Assembly: GCA_964016885.1 (NCBI GenBank)
Contig: OZ024743.1
Span: 145,638,001-145,702,000, forward strand
Direction: 5' to 3'
From: Eledone cirrhosa
Taxonomy: Eukaryota
Length of the DNA: 64,000 bases
The position numbers and the translations under genes were made by a program. Below, piece by piece: positions 51,979-64,000 of this stretch (positions within the stretch are counted from its first letter, which is position 1; every line of letters begins with the position of its first letter). The notes beneath the pieces were generated by a model. The model did not search any database. It was given only the letters and a program-made list of their open reading frames with translations, and was not told the origin of the DNA.

Positions 51979-52923
51979 ATATTATTATACTGATATAGTC
52001 TATAACTATATAAGTATATTATACTAAATCAAAAACTGCCTGTTTTAATTATATAAGGCAATTGTTTCCCTACATTAAGACATTAAGAAATAAATATCAA
52101 GAGTTAAGAGGCGCTTCCCTGTGTCGTCATTCAGTTTACTAAAATTAGTAGCCAAATTCCCACCCAACCCAAATCACACTTAAAATGACACATTGGATAA
52201 TGAATTCTATTGTCTGGAAACAAAAGAGGAGTTGGTCTCTGTTTGGCTGTTTTGATTAATATGCTTCTTCGGTCAGTGCTGGCGATGAGTGAACAGCAAC
52301 CAGAAATAAACGTGATGTTTTATATTTCTTATGCTGTTGCCGTGAGTAGCAGCATCAGGTTGACTCTAGAGAGTTATTGAAATTATTTTTGAGAAACAAA
52401 GTCGCGCATGAAGGAAATCCAAAATTACTTGTAGCATATAAATGGCTTGAATTTCCAATATTGGCACCAACGCCAAAAGTTGCAGTCATCTGTTGTCAAC
52501 AAGTATATTTGGCATCTGATAAAATGCGTTGCACATAACAGATTTCGTTTGGATCACGTTTCGTTAAAACCACGGTGTGTATGCGTATGTGTGTGTGTGA
52601 GTGCGTGCATGTATGCATGTGTATGTGTGTGTGTGCGTATGTGTGTGTGTATGTGTGTGAGCGTACGCGTGTTTGTGCGTGTGTATGTGTGTGTCTGTGT
52701 CTGTGCATGTGTTAACTGTTCATATTTCGCTGTAAGTTCTTTGGTGCAGTTCTTTTAGATGATAGAGTTACGTTACCTCATTACCGGTATGTTTATAAGA
52801 TGGAATAATTGCTGTTGTGTGAGAGATCACATAGTAATGTGAATGTCAAAAAATGTTAATTGTCTCTATAGATTTCTGTGGTTAGTAGAAGGACATTTAA
52901 TCAAATGTTTAGAGTAATTGTCA

Positions 52924-52984
<61 letters not shown>

Positions 52985-53023
52985 AATAACAAAGAACGCT
53001 TATAGCATATGCATATCTTTACT

Positions 53024-53069
53024 TGCTAACATTGTTTCATCCGCACTATAAGTGGGACTCATCAGAGCA
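53024..53069 (-). ncRNA. Minimal type I hammerhead ribozyme
   Basis: Minus strand reads UGCU CUGAUGA GUCCCACU UAU AGUGCGGAU GAAA CAAUG UU AGCA. Distal stem I CUUUA/UAAAG; (TA)n begins about 45 nt downstream. Confidence 0.8.
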
Positions 53070-53590
53070 TAAAGGTTAATTACATACCATACAAGCAATA
53101 ACAAATCCAAGACATTGAAGAATGAAAGGTAATAATAGACGATAAAGGATATTAAGGAAGTAAAAGTAAAAATAAAGATAAGAATAAAAATAAAAGTAAA
53201 AATAAGGGGTGCTATCAGTCACAGTTGGGTGGGGTGCTGTCAACATATAGTTACATACAAGCATACACATGGATAAGAGAACAGACATTAGGTAAGAGTA
53301 GGTAAAAAATAGGTAAAAAATAGGTGAAAAACAGACTTATAATATATATAAATAAGAAAATATAAAGAAGTACAAAGAAATACATAACAAACTTACATAT
53401 AAAATATAGGGTAAGGAATGAGATAAAATAATACAAAATTAAAATTAAAAATTATATACATAGAACATAATATAATATAATCGTAAAATAAGATAAAATA
53501 AGGTAAACTAAAATCAAATAACATAGACTAAATTAAAATAATATAATATAAGATATAATTAAATGTATAATTAAATGTAATTAAATGTAA

Positions 53591-53630
<40 letters not shown>

Positions 53631-54407
53631 AAATTAAATAAATAAATAAAATTTAAATTTAAATTTTAAATTTAAAATTAAAATTTAAATTTAAATAAAT
53701 AAATAAATAAATAAATGGAGTCAAGTAAGTAAATAAATAAAATAAAATTAGATAACATGAAATGAAATAAATATGAAATGAAATAAAATAAAATAAAATG
53801 AAATAAAGTAAATTGAGATAAGATATATATTTTTTTAGAATATATCTCTTGAATATATCAGGGGCCCACGAAGGCACTAAGTGTCACAGTTATGTGTATC
53901 ACTTGACCATTTTTTTAAAATATATTTCTTGAAAACATCAGGGGCCCACGAAGGCACTAAGTGTCACAGTCATCAGTATCACTTGACCATTGCAAGGCAA
54001 TGGAGGCGTCCCAGGTTGGGCAGTCTCAAAAGTTCACTCGAAAGTCATGGGTGTGCATTCACACAGTTGAGCGGTGGGGTAATCACAAACCGGTTCACAC
54101 CCGGGCAGGAGTCCAATGGTCAGACAGAGGTGCATCGAAGGAGGTAGAAGAATGAACTTTTGAGTGAACTTTTGGACCAAAGTATGACCGAACTTGGATT
54201 TGCGGACAAAAAGCGCAGCTCCCTAATTCATAGTCTACAAATGGCTGCGATAGCTGGCACCTTCAAAATATGCAAAACATTCTTGCGATTCAAGGGATGA
54301 CAATTTCTTTTCTTTTACAACCTTGCCACCAGGAAGGTGGCCGGTCAAAAAAATATACTCGAAATTAAGAGAAAGAGAAAACATACATACATACATACAT
54401 ACATACA

Positions 54408-54439
<32 letters not shown>

Positions 54440-54566
54440 CTTAGAATAATCAGGGTTGTGGATACAACACAAATATCAGTGAATAAGGAAGCACTTAGAG
54501 TTTAGCAAGCGGCGCCATCCGTATTCTTCCAAATACAATTTGATTGTCCATGACGCAGTATATGTA

Positions 54567-55250
54567 TTAGTTTGGAGAGAAAGTTCTCGTCGTTTTTCAA
54601 ATTTGTATTAACTTTGGCATTTTTTAACATAACGAGAATTTTACAACTCAAAATAATGGCCATCATTTACGATTACCGCCTGCTGTCGTTTAGGAATGCA
54701 CATTATTCCATCCCTGTAGAATTCATCTGGCATTGATACAAAGAATTCCGCTAGGCACTGATTTAACTGGTCTTCGATGGCGAAGGTCTTTGACTGCATT
54801 GCATTGTTCATTGCGAGAAAAAGGTGATAGTCTGTAGGCGCGAGGTCGGGCGAATACGGTGGATGGCACAGAACCTCCTAACCTAGATCCAGCAACTTCT
54901 CGCGGGTCATCCTTAATGTATGCGGTCGAATGTTATCATGAAGAAATCGAACAGGACCATGGTGTGGGTGCCCTTATGCGATCTTTGCCGCTAATCTGTC
55001 AAGTTGTTGACAATAGAGGTCAGAGATTATGCTGATGTTCGATGGGAGTAGCTCGTAGTGGATGAAATCTTTCAAGTCCCACCAGACACTCATTAGGGCT
55101 TTGCAAGAGTGGAGGTCAGCCTTTGCTTGCTGTTGTAGCGCACTCTCCTTATCAACTCAGAATCGCTTGCGCTTGAAATTAATGTAGAGAGACCAGTTTT
55201 CATCACTAGTGACAGTGGAATGTAACCAGTTGGTTGTGCGATTCAGGAGA
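54567..55250 (-). mobile_element. Mariner (DD34D) transposon 3' half with one TIR, pseudogenised
   Basis: Hand translation gives VTSDENW, MSVWWD, FLHDNIRPH and HPPYSPDLAPTDYHLF, with in-frame stops. End TA|TTAGTTTGGAGAGAAAGTT. Confidence 0.9.
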
Positions 55251-55261
55251 GCAGGGATTAA

Positions 55262-56300
55262 GTTTTTCAGATTTCACTCGAAAAGGAAAATCTGGGTGGA
55301 GAGCAAAGTGCTGTCTTTGTCGAAAGGTGGGTGAGGGTGGTGAGCATGGTCCGAGAACAACTGGGAGAGGGTACTTTGCTCTAGCGGACAGGATGACGAC
55401 AACGCCGTTATGTTGACTATTGTATTTAGTGGACGTAGAGGGGTTTGTCTGCTTCCATTTGTAAACATTGTCTTTTTTTAATATAAAATTTTGAATATGA
55501 AATTAAATATTTGGGCCATAGGCCCAAGGAGTCGCACTTCTTGAGGGCAAGGGCTGATGCCTTATGGCCCCTTTGCAACAAAAATGACAAATTATTATTA
55601 GGCATGGAGGTGCCGTCAGCCGGGCATGTCCGAGATGTGCGCAGGGAGACGAAACCGTCCTGCATGCACTCTTCCAGTGTCCGAGCATTGCTGACTTGTG
55701 GGTTTATGTCGAACACCTGCTGTCGCGTGTAGAACGGATCCGACTATCAGCTGAGTCCATCGTGAGGATTGCCCCGCCCTCTTCTTTTAGCCGGGAAGGG
55801 TAGGCAGTTTTTATCTGGCTGGTGGCCATGGCGAAAGAGATAGTATGGTGGACGCGTCTGAAAGGGCTGAAGACGAGCACTTACCTCTTCGGTGATGCCC
55901 TGATTAACTTTTTCCAATTTCATTTGAAAAGGAAAATCGGGGTAGAGAGGGAAGTGCTCTCTTCCCAGCATTTTGTTGAAAGATGGGTGAGAGAGGCAAG
56001 AATGGCCCGAGTGAATGGGCCTACTCTGAGTATGTGTCTGTAAATTAAAGGTGGAAAACTGGGAGAGGGCACTTGCCCTGGTGGTCAGGATCACTGTGGC
56101 TTTTTAATGGGCTTTCTCCACCAATGTCCCTCGGAACTCTCCCCCCCTATTGGAGAATTTTTTCATTGTTCTATTATTACATCCTCTGTTTCTTGTTTTT
56201 TTTTACACGCAGAAATGCCCATTTGTACCGCCCTGTATTGTCCTGTACTGTCCTTAATGTCTACTTTATGTAAACCCTTGTGGATAATAAAGAAATCATT
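55262..56300 (+). mobile_element. Two L1/Tx1-clade 3' fragments (55262-55420, 55512-56300)
   Basis: CPRCAQGDETVLHALFQC and AMAKEIVWWTRLKGL..RVNGP; homologous to 22696-23246. Confidence 0.85.
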
Positions 56301-56314
56301 ATTATTATTATTAT

Positions 56315-56367
<53 letters not shown>

Positions 56368-56911
56368 TAAAAATTGTTAAGCACGTGTAACTGCCAAAAT
56401 ATCTTGAAGATAGCGAATTAGCGCTATTTAAAAATGATTACTTGTGACAAAAGCATAATTAACTTTCAGTAGACAAATTACATATAAATTAGTTAAACTA
56501 GTATCAACATACTTAATGTAGCGAGCATAAAATATCTAATTATAAATACTTATACGTTGATGAAAAACAATATCGTTTTATGAGTGGTATTGTTTTTACA
56601 TTTCGACAAATACAGAAGACAGCTCCAGATAAGTTTCTGTGATATTAGACATTCTCAACTAAGCATATTATTGGCCGTCCAATGATAAAATGCTTACTAA
56701 GTAAATGTATTATAATGTACACTTGTGTGCGTAAAGCAGAGGCGTTCAGAAAATGATTTACTCTTAGTCGTGAACTTAGCAATAGTCAAGTTGGTGTTAC
56801 CATATTTAATGCAAAGATCATCAAATGCTAACAGAAAACAATACATTACACTGCTAATTTGATTTATAGACTCGAGTTTATTGTTTAATTTGGCTGTAGA
56901 AATGTTATTGT

Positions 56912-57310
56912 ATTGGCAGTATCGGTTGAGGGTCGAACGCCATGCTTTGCAGCATGGAGTTACGGTCCTTTATTGTCTGAATTCAAATTCCGCGGAAGTT
57001 AATTTTTCCTTTCATCCTTACAGGGTCGATAAAATACCAGTAATGCACTGGGATAATTGCTGGCCTTGTGCCAAAAGTAGAAACAATTATTATTACCATT
57101 AATGGGAGTGGTGGGTTGTAAGAATCGTTAGAGCGTCGAACAAAATGCTTTGCGGTATTTGTTCTGGCTCTTTACCTTCTGAATTCAAACCTCAATGAGG
57201 TCAACTTTGCCTTTCATTCTTCCGAGATCGATAAAATATAACACAGTAAAAACACAATCAACTCTCCTCACAAATTGCTGTCTGAGTGCCTTAATTAGCA
57301 ATCATTACTA
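56912..57310 (+). mobile_element. Two tandem SINE copies
   Basis: A/B boxes and the central motif each occur twice. Confidence 0.8.
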
Positions 57311-57557
57311 TTATTACGTTTTAGTGGTATATTTTAAAAACTACTTTATTCAAATGGATTGGTGCAGTTTTATTCGTTTTGTTTGACACAGATGTTTTGT
57401 CAAAAGCAATTTAGAGTTGGATATAAATCAGAAGAATTCCAGTTATACAACTGCCTTTATCTTTATGGATACTGATACTTGAATGGTTCAGAATCTCTAT
57501 AACATCTATATACCTAACTGTGTGTAGTGGAAGACCTCTGGTGTTTATCTAAGTTAA

Positions 57558-57777
57558 CCCTTTAATGTTCAAACCGGCCAAAACTGGTCAGAATTCTCTA
57601 CCCCTTTCTGTTGAAACTGGCTGTAACCAGTTGCTCAAACTGATGTTAAGGTATTGTTGTCAAAATAAATACTTTCAAAATCTCATAGATTCGATATTAT
57701 GTGAGATAATTATGTGAGGTAAAGCCTTTACCATGAAAATATAATAGTATATATAGAGTAATGTAAATGCTAAAGGG
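57558..57777. mobile_element. piggyBac-type MITE
   Basis: TTAA|CCCTTTA ... TAAAGGG|TTAA, 220 bp. Confidence 0.75.
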
Positions 57778-58727
57778 TTAATTGTGAGTGAGTTTGTTTA
57801 AGTGTAGACCTGTGTAAATTCCTTTCAAAAGTACTTTATTCTGCAAGATTGTTTTTGTTTTTATCAACTATTCCATCAAGTCAAACAGGAAACTAATTAA
57901 AGACAATTTAATAACAGAGAACAACGAACTTCATAAGTTTAATATTGAAACAATTATAACCTATATAGTGTACATATTTAAATTTAAAGGGAGATGTTTA
58001 CAGCAATCAATGACGTGGATTAGATCAAACAAATATACCCTCTCTCCCTCTCCCTCTTTCCCCACTCTCTCCTGTTATAAAAAAAACTAAAAGAATTCTG
58101 TAAACAGCTACTAGAAATAAAGATTGCGTAAACATCAGGATAACAGACAGACAAGATAGTACGTAACCTTGACAGCAGATTGTTATGTTGTAGTTAGTTC
58201 CTCGAGCTGATCAACATATATTCTCTATCTAAATTTCGGTTTTAACCCCTTACATATAGTATAAGTGATTAGGTTTTCAGAAGCATACTATGTTTACCAT
58301 TAATTCGTTAGTTCATATGCCGCTCAGTGACTGCCATAGTTATCGCCCTTATTTATTGTCGAACATTTTAAGATTATGTGTATTCTAAAAGAATGTAATA
58401 TTTTCGAGTAAGTTGAGAGAGCTAGTGATTTTAGTCCTACCGGCGAAAACGAGGTTCTAATTGAAATAGAAATTACTGTTCCCTAGTTGAAGACGGTATG
58501 CTCTTTCTTTAACCTACCATTTTTATCCAAATTTTCTCTTACAGCAAGATTAAATAAATTTTCGTTCACTTGATGCACGCAAACATGGCTGTGTTGTTAA
58601 CTTAATTTCGGGTTTCGAGTTCGATCCCAATGCGCGGCAAACTGGTCAAGTGTCTTCTACCATAGCCTTGGGGTCACCAATACTTTGTAAGTCAAATTTC
58701 TTAGACAGAAACTGTTTACAGACTCGT

Positions 58728-58785
<58 letters not shown>

Positions 58786-59316
58786 TGTCTGTCTGTCTGT
58801 CTGTGTCTGTGTGTGTGTCTGTGTGTGTCTATGTGTCTGTGTGTCTGTGTGTGTGTGTCTGTGTGTGTCTATGTGTGTGTGTCTGTGTGTCTGTGTGTCT
58901 GTGTCTGTGTGTCTGTGTGCCTGTGTGTATGTGTGTCTGTGTGTGCCTATGTGTGTGTAAAAACCACATAAATACAGAATACGTGAAATTGATTATGAAA
59001 ATTACTAGGACTTATCTGTTCGATGTTGCTTTTCTAATTAGACATTGAAGAGTTTATTAGTCCCCCGATAATCATACATACAAACATACGAACGTACGTA
59101 CGCACACACATACACGCATACATACATACATACATGCATACGTAAGTAAGTACATACGTACATATATATGTGTGTGTGTGTGTGTTAAAAACCCATTCTA
59201 ATATAAGCGTTAAGCTAATATATACCATCATTGTACTGTGTTGTTCTCCGGTGTTATTTTCCTTATTGAATTTTTTGAATACACACACGGACACACACAC
59301 ACATACACACACACAA

Positions 59317-59400
<84 letters not shown>

Positions 59401-59403
<3 letters not shown>

Positions 59404-59588
59404 ACGAAGGAGGTGTGGTAAGGAACCAGATGGACCATAACGCACCAGAGTACTCAATAGTTAGGGTAGTAGAGTGGGTAATAGGAAAATGTTTAACCCC
59501 GACGGCAGAGCTCAAGCCATTTCGACGGCTATTTCTGGACTGGAATAGCCGTCGAAACGGCTTGAGCTCTGCCGTCGGGGTTAAACAT

Positions 59589-59592
<4 letters not shown>
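59401..59592 (-). mobile_element. Fold-back mini-element family A, copy 2, in (TA)n
   Basis: Arms 59485-59533 / 59544-59592 plus a tail homologous to 19021-19090. Confidence 0.85.
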
Positions 59593-59619
<27 letters not shown>

Positions 59620-59701
59620 ATTCATACATCTACATATAATACCAAATACACACGCACACATACACACTTATATATATGTGTGTGTGTGTGCGTGTGTGTG
59701 T

Positions 59702-59767
<66 letters not shown>

Positions 59768-60684
59768 GCGTGTGTGTGTGTGTGATATTGTACATTATAC
59801 ATATAAGAATGTGTGTATGTGAAATTTCTATATATCTACAAAAGTATATTTGCATATATACACACATATATATTAAAACTTGTGTAAAAATACAATACAA
59901 TCATATATTCATACATTCACAAACACCTATATATATATATACATATGTGTATGCACTACCAAGTATATATGTACATCTTTATGAATGTTCACGTATGTGC
60001 GTATGATTGCCAACGCGTATGTCTATATATCTATGTATAGGTTTATGTATGTATGCGTATGCCTGTGTGCATGTAAGTATGTGTGGGGGTGTAGGCGTAT
60101 AGCTTTCAGCAAATTCAGTATGACATAATGAAAACGAATGCCAACATCATAAGGGAAAAGATGAGCGTGACAATTGCCACCTCTTTGAACTTGATGTCAG
60201 GTATGTTTAGTTGTATTTAACTTTCCTATAGTTGGTGGAATATACGAACTAAGACACAAATTGGAGTCTATTATCATCCAAAACTAAACGCAAACATCGA
60301 TTCAACTGTTTGCAGTGAATGCTTGAAGCAAAAAGAACTACCACGTCTTATGTCTCTTAAACAGCCTCTAGTTTCTACACTTCTTGATTAAAATAAACCG
60401 TAATAAATTAATGAAAAGTAGAAAGTGGAAAAGAAAAAAAAAAATGGCCGTTAAGTTGGTTCCGGTAATATTTGAATAGTTACACAAATATCCGATTGAA
60501 TGGCTTTGGGGTGGCGCGTTTCTTTTTCGACTGTGCCATGCTGAGACCCAAAATACTACTACTACTACTACTACTACCACTACCACCACCACCACCACTA
60601 CTACTACTACTACCACCACTACTACTACTACTACTACTACAACTACTACTACTACTACTACCATTACTTCTACTACTGCTGCTG

Positions 60685-60740
<56 letters not shown>

Positions 60741-61081
60741 GTTGCTGCTGCTACTGCTGGGGGGAGAAGGGGGAGGAGGAGGAGGATATACATCTCTTTC
60801 TAATAGCAACATATTTATCTTATTTATGCCAGGAAGAAAATAGATGATAACTCTGGGCATTTACGTAATTCACATTTTCTAGTAATTATTTGTTTTTCTT
60901 CGTGTTGTGGTACTGTTGCTGCTGCTGTTGTTTTTGTTGTTGCTGTTGTGGATGATGTTAAGCTTTCGGCGAATGGATTTCACGATCCGGTTTCGATTCT
61001 TCTGTCTGTTTTCACATACTTCACTAATGTAATATGTTTTACATTTAGATTTCTCGGTATAAATTTGAGTATATATGTTTT

Positions 61082-62253
61082 GGTGGCGAATTGGAATGGC
61101 GGATAAAATGTTTTGCAGAATTCGCTCCGGCTTCTGCACTCTGATTTCAAATCTCGCTGAACTCAACTTTGCCTATCATCCATTTGAGGTCGATAAAAAA
61201 AAAGTAGCAGTCAACTACTAAAGTCGATTCGTCTCTCTATCGCTTTCTCATTTTCTCTGTATCACTCCTTTTTTGTAGATGAAATCTACTGTGTTCAGAC
61301 CTGGAGAGGAGATGGGCGCCGCTGGACTTCAAAAAATACCCACGAAATACCGAATGTCACTATGGCACACCTACACCCCCCCCCCCCCGCCTCAAGAGTT
61401 ACGGCTACATACACACGTCTTACGGTATTTAGTTACGTCCCTTTATATTCTGAGTTCAAATACTGTCGTTGTCGAGATCGATAAACTAAGTACCAGTCAT
61501 GTACCAGGGTTTTTTTAATTAATTGTTATTAAAGGGTTTGAACGGATAAATAATTTCAAATGCGTATGAAGATAAATCTAGTGGGTTTGTTTTGTCTTGG
61601 TGGGGTAGTAAGATTTTGAAAAATGTAAACAAGCTCTTGTTCGGAGAACAGGAAGTGAGGGCTTGGCTTGATTTCAAATCGAATATTGGGATGTATTTAT
61701 TTGCCTAAAATCTTACGACGTCGTCTAAAAACATTATGTATACTTTAATATATGTTTCTTTATTAGCCACAGGGGCACAAAAGAAGGGGACAAACACAAA
61801 GGGGGAAGTTTACATACAATAAAACCGTGTAAAATGTTATCACAAATGCAATTTAAAAAGTTAGTCGATTTTCCCCCAATAGGGGGAGACAGTTCATATG
61901 GGTAACACATACCCCCGAAAAAATGTGCAACCCTCAACTCCAGGAGTACGAACAGTTTGTACTCCTTTCCTCTCCTCCTCCTTTTCCTCAACCTACAGGC
62001 TGATATAGAGAGAAGGCCCATTCACTCGGGCCATTCTCGCCACTTTCACCCACCTTTCATAAAACTTGCTGGGGTACAGCACCTCTCTCTCCATCCTGAT
62101 TCTTCTTCCAAAGTGGTATTTGAAAAAAAAGAATCAGGTATGTATACTTTAATATAGGTGATGAATTAGAAGAGTCGTGATGACGTCGGATAGAATGCTT
62201 TTTTGTATTCGTTCCGGCTCTCTGCTCTCTGAGTTCAAATCTCACCGAGGTCA

Positions 62254-62292
<39 letters not shown>

Positions 62293-62293
62293 G

Positions 62294-62345
<52 letters not shown>

Positions 62346-62365
62346 CACCACTACTACTACTACTG

Positions 62366-62405
<40 letters not shown>

Positions 62406-64000
62406 CACCACTACTACTACCACCACTACTACTACTACTACAACTACTACTACTACTACTACTTTCATTCTTTCGAAGTCGATTAAAAAAAATACCAGTC
62501 TAGTACTGGGGTCGATCCTTCCTCTATATCTCTTTTTCATTTTCCTCTCTCTCACACTTTCTATCTTTCTCTGGAAGAAATCTGCTGTACACAGGCCTGG
62601 GGAGGGATGGGCTCCATCAGGCTTAAAATGCCCAAGAAACGCCGTATGTCAATACGGCGCTCCTACGACTCTATCAGGAGTTACGGGACCATACTATACC
62701 ATACTTTAATATATGATACATTTAAAAATTATCTTTATTATTTTCATTGAATTATAGAGTGTTGGAATGACAGATTAAATAAGTGCTGGATTAAATATCT
62801 TGTGGTACCCAGTTACCTTCCCTTATGTTCTGAGTCCTAATTCCGATCCTTCTCTCCCCACAAACATACATCTCCGTAATCGACATTGACATTATTTCTG
62901 AGGTGGTTAAAAAAATCTCTCTTATATAACTGTATGACCTTACATCAATGTAAGAAACCATTTTTGATGAATTTTTTGCTGAAATGTCGAACCTGTTTAA
63001 ATGATTTACTGTTCCTGGTTCCTAAAACTCCAGTTTAAATCCCTCCACGTTGGTTTTGTCTGTCAACCTTTAGGGATATCCATCCTCTTATCTATTTTTT
63101 GACATGCATGTATGATTGTATGAATGGACCTGTAACTCATGATGAAGTCGCAGGAGTGCCGTCGTGATATACGGCGTGTTTTAGGCACTTTCAACATGGC
63201 GGAACTCATCTCCTCTCCAGGTCGGATCAGCTGATTTCTTCCAGAGAAGACGGGAAGGGTGGCTTGAGAAAGATATATAAAGGACGAATCAATTCCGGTA
63301 TTGGACTGGTACTTTTTTTATCGACTTCGAAAAGATAAAAGAAGTTTACTTCGACTGGATTTGAACTCAAAGAGCGTAGAGAGCCGGAACGAATACTTGA
63401 AATTATTCTATCCGTTCTAATGACTTTGCCAATTTGCTTCACTTCAATTACTATGTTAATAGCCAAAGGAATAATAGTAATCATTATTGTTGTTTTTGTT
63501 CGTCAGAAAAATTCTGAATTATAAAGAAAAATGGTGGATTACATAAAATGGTCCTTAATCATAAGCTCTCCACTCCGCGAACAACGAATGAAGGAGCCTG
63601 GTCACTCTCTCTCTCTGCTAAAATAACAGTCAAATCATCCTCAAACCAAACCAACAACGTCTTTAAAATGAACACATTGGATAATGTAGTCAAGGATACA
63701 CTATTCATAAAAGAAAAGATGGAGTGGTTACGATTGAAAGATGTTTGATCCTAGGTATGTTGGATGACGGCTGACTTGGGACTAGACAATAACTCCAACC
63801 CAAGAAGTTTAAATATCGATATACATGTCATTGAATATATATATCTTTCTCCCGTAACTCCTGGAGGAATCGTAGGGGCGCCATATTGACATACGGCGTT
63901 TGTGTGGCATTTTTAAACTTGGCGGAGCCCATTACTCTCCAGGACTGAATATATCAGATTTCTTCCGGAGAAGGGTAGATAGTGAGAAAGAGGAAATGAG
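61082..64000. mobile_element. Four copies of an old SINE variant with an extended ~115-bp 3' module (two plus, two minus)
   Basis: Module GAAATC..CTG(G/A)AGAG..ATGGGC.CC..CGCCGTATGTCA..GAGTTACGG at about 61280(+), 62577(+), 63128(-) and 63851(-). Confidence 0.7.
61738..62125 (-). mobile_element. L1/Tx1-clade extreme 3' end
   Basis: GGATGGAGAGAGAGGTGCTG..GTGAAAGTGGCGAGAATGGCCCGAGTGAATGGGCC, as at 23143-23225. Confidence 0.85.

Overview
Repeat-dominated, AT-rich metazoan intergenic or intronic DNA. The SINE set, extreme (TA)n/(CA)n/(CATA)n density and LINE spectrum suggest an octopus or other coleoid genome (inference). No intact host gene is visible; there is one plausible 91-nt exon at about 21.6 kb. 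Nearly all long ORFs in the track are microsatellite artefacts or decayed transposon ORFs. Identified elements: a full-length hAT (DUF4371-type) with 8-bp TSDs, two Penelope-like elements (RT + GIY-YIG), an R4/Dong-clade RLE LINE in (CATA)n, several RTE and L1/Tx1 pieces, a mariner, a TTAA MITE, a Helitron/HINE-like element and many tRNA-derived SINEs. Four observations stand out. (1) Several unrelated minimal type I hammerhead ribozymes each sit just upstream of a (TA)n array. (2) Asymmetric fold-back mini-elements lie in (TA)n arrays, and their inversion points often fall at hammerhead-like motifs. (3) An 8-kb (CATA)n hotspot is shared by an R4/Dong LINE and RTE-derived non-autonomous elements whose 5' leader shows compensatory base changes. 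(4) An unexplained nested hairpin lies at 15.46-16.01 kb. All coordinates and alignments were read by eye and are approximate.
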